From: Vibrio phage vB_VchM_Kuja
Sequence record: MN718199.1
DNA length: 32,000 nt
Strand: one strand, 5' to 3'
The notes below the pieces were generated by a model that saw only the letters and a list, made by a program, of their open reading frames with translations, was not told the DNA's origin and ran no database searches. Position 1 is the first letter of the stretch. Every line of letters begins with the position of its first letter. This document shows positions 26,402-32,000 of this stretch, piece by piece. A program made the position numbers and the translations under genes.

Positions 26402-26548
26402 TTACTCGTCTTCGTCTTCCAAACCACCACTCAATTCAATGTCAGGTGATTCACAAAATGGGCAAACTTCTGGCTTTATGTGTGAATTACAAGAAATTGA
26501 ACACTCTTCGTCACAGTTTTGACAAATTATACCGTAGACAACATCCAT
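26402..26548 (-). CDS. Small cysteine-rich (zinc-ribbon-like) acidic protein, 48 aa
   Basis: My translation MDVVYGIICQNCDEECSISCNSHIKPEVCPFCESPDIELSGGLEDEDE*; not in the supplied ORF track. Confidence 0.55.
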   Translation of the reverse strand: MDVVYGIICQNCDEECSISCNSHIKPEVCPFCESPDIELSGGLEDEDE

Positions 26549-26593
26549 CTTAATATCCTCATGATTTGTTTGATGTTATGCGTTTAATTAGTA

Positions 26594-27130
26594 TCATTTT
26601 CCTTCTAGAAAATCAGCTTCTTTGTTTCTTCTTGATTTATAGCGATCACCAAAATTTCTAAGATTTTTTACCACTGCTACCCAATCATGTGATGTGACCT
26701 GCTTCCAGAAATTAGGCGTTTTCTTTGATAAATCACCATACTGAAATGATACAGAAGCAATAACGGTTGCCTGTCGCTTGGTAAGCTGTTCGAAAGGTAT
26801 TTTACTAACTGCATTAAATGACTTAACTAATCTGTCTATGCTCTGTTTATGCGCTACAGCGTTGATCTCTCTAGCTTGCTCCTTTGTAACTGTCAAAGGT
26901 TTTAATTTTAGAGCGTTTAATGCTGATTCTTTTTTCAAACCAACATATGGTTTTAATTTATTGGCTATTTCAGGTTTAAAAAGTTTATCCAATTCAGCGC
27001 TAGTCCTTGCACCTATGTCAAAACCTGATGCTATGGTAACACCACTTTGACTGTTCTTTGGATCCGGAACATAACCCTTTAATTCAAAACCTTCTAATTT
27101 TTCTATAAATTCAAAATCTATGTTTTTCAT
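26594..27130 (-). CDS. Endolysin with pesticin/T4-lysozyme-like muramidase fold
   Basis: EKLEGFELKGYVPDPKNSQSGVTIASGFDIGARTSAEL ... RQATVIASVSFQYG. Confidence 0.8.
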   Translation of the reverse strand: MKNIDFEFIEKLEGFELKGYVPDPKNSQSGVTIASGFDIGARTSAELDKLFKPEIANKLKPYVGLKKESALNALKLKPLTVTKEQAREINAVAHKQSIDRLVKSFNAVSKIPFEQLTKRQATVIASVSFQYGDLSKKTPNFWKQVTSHDWVAVVKNLRNFGDRYKSRRNKEADFLEGK

Positions 27131-27169
27131 TTTTCATACCCCATTGTTGAATGGGATATTTAGAGAAAA

Positions 27170-27198
27170 AAAAAAAGACCACTTATGTGGTCTTTTTT
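27170..27198. terminator. Rho-independent terminator
   Basis: AAAAAGACCAC-ttat-GTGGTCTTTTTT. Confidence 0.85.
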
Positions 27199-27210
27199 AG
27201 GATATGAAAA

Positions 27211-27693
27211 CTATTTCAAGGCAATAATTTTTGGTTCATCACCTTTGTTTAATGCCTGACCATCTAAGCCAACAAGTTGTGGTGTTGTCACTTGCTTAAT
27301 GTCTTTTTCGTTCATACCTTCTTGCACCATTTCTTCAATAAGTGCTTTGGCTTCATTACGGCGTAAACGATCTAGAGCTTCTAATGATTCGTTATTACCA
27401 ACGGTTACACTACCTTCAATAGGATCAACAACGTGACAATGAGTAAGATATACGTTGTCAAAGCCTAAAAGAACCATCTGCAATTCATGCAATACCATGA
27501 TTGGATGACCTGTAATGTTTGCGGAGAAGTATCCTTCAACAACACCATTATTTTCTTTTACAACCAAAAAGGATGATGAAAAATAGACATAGTAGTCACC
27601 ATTTTTCATCTCAATTAAAGGTTCTTCAGAACCTTTAAAAGTTTCTTTGTATTTTTCTGCTACTTGTTGACAGAAATTCTTTCTGATATCCAT
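27211..27693 (-). CDS. Hypothetical protein
   Basis: 160-aa ORF. Confidence 0.65.
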   Translation of the reverse strand: MDIRKNFCQQVAEKYKETFKGSEEPLIEMKNGDYYVYFSSSFLVVKENNGVVEGYFSANITGHPIMVLHELQMVLLGFDNVYLTHCHVVDPIEGSVTVGNNESLEALDRLRRNEAKALIEEMVQEGMNEKDIKQVTTPQLVGLDGQALNKGDEPKIIALK

Positions 27694-27698
27694 TATTG

Positions 27699-28058
27699 TT
27701 ACCTTTTATCAAGTGTTATAGCGGTCTTATCCATAACATAAACAAGACCTACATAGTTTAGTGCCTCACATTCTGCACACAATTTATTTCCAAAAACAAT
27801 AACTTCTCTTGAATTTTTATTTTCATAAGTTTCAAGGAAATGTTGTAATGACTTGCATTTATTGACATATAGATCGGAAACTTCTGAATCAATAAGATAT
27901 ACTTCTTTTGGGTAAGCAGGCAAACACTCGTATTCTAAGCCCTCAACAACAAAAACGGCCTCATCTTTAACTTTTTTCTTAACAAATTCTCGGTAGATTT
28001 TTGTCTGATTAAATAAATCAAAATCAGGATCCGCCATAAACAAGACGCTAACCTTCAT
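27699..28058 (-). CDS. Hypothetical protein, possibly a divergent dihydrofolate-reductase-like fold
   Basis: ATG 28058 preceded by GAGAGGAT; C-terminus REVIVFGNKLCAECEALNYVGLVYVMDK faintly resembles the DHFR xVxxGGxxxYxxxLxxxxxLYVT strand-helix-strand. Confidence 0.3.
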   Translation of the reverse strand: MKVSVLFMADPDFDLFNQTKIYREFVKKKVKDEAVFVVEGLEYECLPAYPKEVYLIDSEVSDLYVNKCKSLQHFLETYENKNSREVIVFGNKLCAECEALNYVGLVYVMDKTAITLDKR

Positions 28059-28169
28059 GTTATATCCTCTCAAAAACTTTTTGAATTTTGTGACTAAGTT
28101 TATCATGGTCACACCAACTATATGTGTTTAGTAAACCAATTTAGTGTATCTTACATTAGGAACAACATT

Positions 28170-28922
28170 ATGAAACAATTACCTAAAATCCCGCGCACAA
28201 GACGTTCATTTACTTGTAAAGAAGTTAAGGGTGAGATTGTTTACCAAGCTTTTAGCATGGGTATGACTTCTGTATTACTAGAAGCAAAAGAAGAATCAAA
28301 CGTTGGTGTTCTCCTTACTGCATTAGAGCACGTTGTTGAAGATGTTCTTGTTAGTGATCAGGATATTAAGAAAATCCCCATTCACATTATTGAAAAAATA
28401 TTTGTTAGGGCAAGATCCATTTCATTAGGTTCTGAAATTGACCTGAATTACACCTGTAAGAAAAAGGTTGTAATTGATGAAAATACATCACATGAATGTG
28501 GTGGTAAAATGGAACTCAAACTTGACTTAGACACTGTTGATATAGTTTATAATGAAGATTTTAAAAATGTGTTTGAATTAGAAGGTGGTTATTCACTTAA
28601 ACTAGGTGAACCAACCATTGACAGATTTAAGAAACTTGAAAATGTTCTTACTGGTGAGACAAAAGATCCTAAACCAACAGATATTGTCAAATTATTTTTT
28701 GAGTGCATATACACTGATGAAGAAGTTTGGTCTGTTGATGAAATTGAAGAAGAACAGTTAGACCAATTTATCAAAGATTTGGATGCAAGCGTTATGTTGA
28801 AAGTAATTACTGATTTCTACGCTAAACTTCCATATTTTGGTACAAACATAGAACTAAAATGTCCTTCATGTGGTGCGCAACACAAAACAACATTAAGGGG
28901 CGTCCAAAACCTTTTTCAATAA
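28170..28922 (+). CDS. 26: gp26-like baseplate hub protein
   Basis: Start MKQLPKIPRTRRSF; zinc-finger-like CPSCGAQHKTTLRG near the end; resembles the T4 baseplate protein family and neighbours other baseplate genes. Confidence 0.65.
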   Translation: MKQLPKIPRTRRSFTCKEVKGEIVYQAFSMGMTSVLLEAKEESNVGVLLTALEHVVEDVLVSDQDIKKIPIHIIEKIFVRARSISLGSEIDLNYTCKKKVVIDENTSHECGGKMELKLDLDTVDIVYNEDFKNVFELEGGYSLKLGEPTIDRFKKLENVLTGETKDPKPTDIVKLFFECIYTDEEVWSVDEIEEEQLDQFIKDLDASVMLKVITDFYAKLPYFGTNIELKCPSCGAQHKTTLRGVQNLFQ

Positions 28923-29113
28923 CCCTCTCAGATCATAGTTTGGAAGAGTTTTTTCAAATGGTTGCCAGATCTTCTGAGTGGGGTATTGATGTAGCAACAT
29001 TTTATGAATTAGTCCCGTGGCATGTTTTGTCAATTATTGACATCAACATTTTCAGAAATGAAGAAAAATTAAAAGAACTTGAAAAACGAAGAAATCTTGG
29101 TGGATTGAGTTAA
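28859..29113 (+). CDS. Small protein overlapping the gp26-like 3' end in the -1 frame
   Basis: 84-aa ORF; the relevant part is SITLSDHSLEEFFQMVARSSEWGIDVATFYELVPWHVLSIIDI; start codon uncertain. Confidence 0.5.
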   Translation: MSFMWCATQNNIKGRPKPFSITLSDHSLEEFFQMVARSSEWGIDVATFYELVPWHVLSIIDINIFRNEEKLKELEKRRNLGGLS

Positions 29114-29118
29114 AACAG

Positions 29119-29150
29119 AAGAGGAGCTTTATGAAAACTCCTCTTTTTTA
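29119..29150 (+). terminator. Rho-independent terminator
   Basis: AAGAGGAG-ctttatgaaaa-CTCCTCTTTTTT. Confidence 0.8.
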
Positions 29151-29201
29151 TTAATTAAACTAAATAATTTATTAGTTATCTTATTAATTATCTTAATACA
29201 A

Positions 29202-29281
29202 AAAACCTGTGATGCTTCGTCGTCAGTTAAGTTCGTTGACACTCCTTAACTTCCTCCAAAGCATCATACAAAGTAGGTTTT
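29202..29281 (+). promoter_or_regulatory. Nested leader hairpin upstream of the gp5-like gene
   Basis: AAAACCT/AGGTTTT, TGATGCTT/AAGCATCA and GTTAAG/CTTAAC nested in order. Confidence 0.55.
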
Positions 29282-29316
29282 CAAACGACAAGCAATTTTT
29301 TTTGGGGGTTTTAAAA

Positions 29317-30399
29317 ATGAATATCTGTTCTGATTTGAAATGGTTTTTTGGTATAGTTGAGGAACATAAAAAGCCCACTCTTGCAAAAGTAAGAATTTTT
29401 GGTGTGCATAACATTGATCCTAATTTACTCCCAACAGAAAACCTACCAGAAGCATCAATAATGAAAGGGACTAACAGTTCAAACATTAATGGTCTTGGTG
29501 AAAGTACAACAGGATTATGGGAAGGAAGTTTTATATTTGGTTTTAGTATTGATGAAGCTTACACAAACATCTACATTGTGGGTACATTATCAAACAGTGA
29601 CGATCTACCAAACGCGGCACAAAACAATAAAGATGAATTGATCAACTTCATAAATTCCAGTCTAACAAGCTCTGAAGGTAAGGGTACGTCATTTAAAGAA
29701 CCAGAACTTAAAACTAATTTTCAATACCCATACACGGATGTCACTGTCACAAAATCAGGTCATATAAAAATAGCTGATAACACTAATGGTCAGGAACAAC
29801 TAATAGAATCGCACCGGAACGGGTCTTACAACGCTAAACATGCGTCAGGTGATGTAGTAAACAAAACAACCAACAACCTTATAGACATCGTTCTAAACGA
29901 CCACAATATGTTTGTGAAAAGACATTATAGATATAGGTCGCATGGTTCTTATAGTATGAGATTGGATGGAACAAATTACATGCAATCAAACAGACAAGAA
30001 ATTGAATCAGCAAATATTCTTTTTAAAACAAATCTTTTTGAAGTAAACGGCAACACAAATGTCTACGGAAATCTAATTGTTTCATCATCAATAACAGTTC
30101 CATTATTGAAAGTGAAAAAAATTATTTGTGATGATATTGAAGTTTCAAACATTATGTTAGGCACTGCTGCTTTTGCTAATCAAGCTGGTATAGCTGGAGG
30201 GTTAGGTGGTGTTTCACCTGTAAAAGGTTCAAAACCTGACGTAAACATACCTTCACCTATTGCATTAGAACAAGGTGAAAAGACAAATGAAGCATCAAAC
30301 AGATCTCAAGAACCAGTTACTAGAAACTGGAAGAAAGTTTTAGATAAACTAGGTCCACTAAAATCATTAGTGGTTTATTGTTTAGGTAAGAGGGATTAA
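29317..30399 (+). CDS. 5: gp5-like baseplate central spike protein, OB domain plus beta-helix, lysozyme domain not evident
   Basis: WFFGIVEEHKKPTLAKVRIFGVHNIDPNLLPTENLPEASIM...STTGLWEGSFIFGFSIDEAYTNIYIVGTLS; C-terminal spike-like repeats. ATG 29317. Confidence 0.8.
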   Translation: MNICSDLKWFFGIVEEHKKPTLAKVRIFGVHNIDPNLLPTENLPEASIMKGTNSSNINGLGESTTGLWEGSFIFGFSIDEAYTNIYIVGTLSNSDDLPNAAQNNKDELINFINSSLTSSEGKGTSFKEPELKTNFQYPYTDVTVTKSGHIKIADNTNGQEQLIESHRNGSYNAKHASGDVVNKTTNNLIDIVLNDHNMFVKRHYRYRSHGSYSMRLDGTNYMQSNRQEIESANILFKTNLFEVNGNTNVYGNLIVSSSITVPLLKVKKIICDDIEVSNIMLGTAAFANQAGIAGGLGGVSPVKGSKPDVNIPSPIALEQGEKTNEASNRSQEPVTRNWKKVLDKLGPLKSLVVYCLGKRD

Positions 30400-30401
30400 T
30401 A

Positions 30402-30776
30402 ATGAACGATTTTGATCTAACGTTTAAGAGACATCCCATCACTGGTGATGTGGCTCAACGCAATGGTACTAATGCCATATTACAATCGGTTAGAAACATT
30501 GTATTAACAGCATCAGGTGACTGGAAAGCTGAACAGGGTTTAGGTGTTGGTGTTTACAAATTACTTGGTGAAAACAGTAACGGGATTCTTACATTACTTA
30601 ATCTAAAAACAAAAATAAATGAACAACTATCAGATTTTGAAAAACGTATTGAGATAAAACAAGTTGACATCAAGTATATTAATGAAGATTATGGTATTAA
30701 GATTTACATCAGTTTTATTGTTAAAAACATGTCCCAAATTCTGGAACTAACCGAAACCATAAACGTTCTAAGGTAA
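30402..30776 (+). CDS. 25: gp25-like baseplate wedge protein
   Basis: VRNIVLTASGDWKAEQGLGVGVYKLLGE...INEQLSDFEKRIEIKQVDI: gp25/W-like family. Confidence 0.85.
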   Translation: MNDFDLTFKRHPITGDVAQRNGTNAILQSVRNIVLTASGDWKAEQGLGVGVYKLLGENSNGILTLLNLKTKINEQLSDFEKRIEIKQVDIKYINEDYGIKIYISFIVKNMSQILELTETINVLR

Positions 30777-30781
30777 AGAAA

Positions 30782-31168
30782 ATGGATTACACAAGAATCA
30801 TACTACCCATGTTTGATTTTTTATCAAAGTTTGTTGACGAACATTCTTTAAGTAGACGTTTCATAACACGTGAAGTTGAACGTCAATTTAAGGAAATTGT
30901 TGCTGATTTAAACAGACCTAAAATAACTGATTCCTTTGAATTTAAGTTTAGTAATAAAATTTATGTGCGCATCACATTACCCCAAGGTTTGGAGCGCAAT
31001 GAGTACGACGCTATTATTAGGGAAGTTGCACACAAACAACTTCAAAAGTTACCACCTAGTATTAGTGAAAAAATTAATTATGGATATACCCTAGTTTCTT
31101 ACCAGTTGAAATTGAGTAAGTTAGAAGGGAATAAACAGAAACCTTTTGTAGGGGTTAGATGGTTATGA
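30782..31168 (+). CDS. Hypothetical phage protein (baseplate-region)
   Basis: 128-aa ORF in the baseplate operon. Confidence 0.65.
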   Translation: MDYTRIILPMFDFLSKFVDEHSLSRRFITREVERQFKEIVADLNRPKITDSFEFKFSNKIYVRITLPQGLERNEYDAIIREVAHKQLQKLPPSISEKINYGYTLVSYQLKLSKLEGNKQKPFVGVRWL

Positions 31169-31587
31169 TAGCAGCATTAATCTATTTGGGTTTGATTATT
31201 TTTATTGTTGAGATTTTCTACTACTACAACCCACCACAAAAAAGATACACTGATGGTGAAGGTGATGATCTACCAACAGAAATAAGATCGTTATTCAGTG
31301 CGATCTACAACGCGCACCCAATAACAGTGACTAAAAAATCGAAGCATATATGTGACATAACATTGAAAATTGAGATGTGTCGCTTTCAGGCTTTCATAAC
31401 CCAACACAAAAGAAAGATAACCATTTTTGTCTTTACGTACTCACATGAGTACATTTATGAATCAACAAACATAGAACGTAACTTGATTCTACTAAACGCA
31501 CTAAATGGTCACAGTGATGACATAATTGAGATCCCTGAGGCCTACAAAAAGTTGTCTAAGTATGACAAAGTCACATATTTTAAATAA
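31159..31587 (+). CDS. Hypothetical protein with N-terminal transmembrane segment
   Basis: MVMIAALIYLGLIIFIVEIFYYYN then a soluble domain. Confidence 0.65.
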   Translation: MVMIAALIYLGLIIFIVEIFYYYNPPQKRYTDGEGDDLPTEIRSLFSAIYNAHPITVTKKSKHICDITLKIEMCRFQAFITQHKRKITIFVFTYSHEYIYESTNIERNLILLNALNGHSDDIIEIPEAYKKLSKYDKVTYFK

Positions 31588-31604
31588 ATAATATGTTGTT
31601 TTTC

Positions 31605-31637
31605 AACAACTTATAAAAAAAGATTCATTTTTTTGAA
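31605..31637 (+). terminator. Rho-independent terminator
   Basis: AAAAAAGATTCA-tttttt-TGAATCTTTTTTT. Confidence 0.8.
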
Positions 31638-31752
31638 TCTTTTTTTATTTTTTCGCTTGCTAGTTTCTACCATCAATGTATTATGAATTCATCAAGTGAG
31701 GGAACAGTCCCACAAACCAAAAACCCAATGTAAACCTAAAAAGGAAAACATC

Positions 31753-32000
31753 ATGAAAACTGTAATCACTAACGGCATCATCACTATCAACTTTGACAAA
31801 AATGCTAGTATCCTTGCAAACTTCAAAAATGCTAAAGAGCAAGGTTACCCAGGTGGTAAAACTGGTTTCTTCCACCTAGTAAAAGGTGATCAACCTGAAG
31901 CAGTAGGCTTCAAAATGGTTGAAGTAAAAACCGAAGCTAAGAAAACGCTTGAAGTTGCTCGCAAAAATCTAAACATTGCAACGTTCGCTGAAGCTGAAGC
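31753..32000 (+). CDS. Hypothetical protein, 3' truncated by window
   Basis: Open frame from ATG 31753: MKTVITNGIITINFDKNASILANFKNAKEQGYPGGKTGFFHLVKG... Confidence 0.6.
   Translation, partial: MKTVITNGIITINFDKNASILANFKNAKEQGYPGGKTGFFHLVKGDQPEAVGFKMVEVKTEAKKTLEVARKNLNIATFAEAE

Noticed and set aside
31681-31875. Minus-strand 64-aa ORF at the window end
   Set aside because: Antisense to the better-supported truncated ORF starting at 31753, which has an open frame to the window edge.
1-32000. CRISPR array or transposon ends
   Set aside because: No regularly spaced direct repeats and no transposase-like ORF; mobile content is limited to homing-endonuclease-like genes.

Overview
This 32 kb window is a segment of a large, AT-rich T4-like (Tevenvirinae/Straboviridae-type) myovirus genome. 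Recognisable modules are: the C-terminal end of a gp46-like recombination ATPase; nrdA/nrdB plus a glutaredoxin; gp32 ssDNA-binding protein with a probable gp33; a RuvC-like resolvase; thymidylate synthase; baseplate and tail genes (gp54/gp19-like, gp26-like, gp5-like spike, gp25); and a pesticin-type endolysin. A minus-strand tRNA cluster carries two homing-endonuclease-like genes. Most notable observations: (1) a perfectly phased A_AAA_AAG heptamer abutting the stop codon of an 831-aa ORF, whose -1 frame continues into an ADP-ribosyltransferase-like domain (a candidate programmed -1 frameshift fusion of about 996 aa); (2) two tandem paralogous TET-associated-glycosyltransferase-like genes; (3) a secreted protein with a YadA-like C-terminus; (4) a homing endonuclease gene fused to a tRNA 5' half, and several tRNA-like loci with intact acceptor/T arms but aberrant middles; (5) long non-coding, inverted-repeat-rich intervals; (6) a nested leader hairpin ahead of the gp5-like gene. 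All family calls come from reading motifs by eye. No database search was run.
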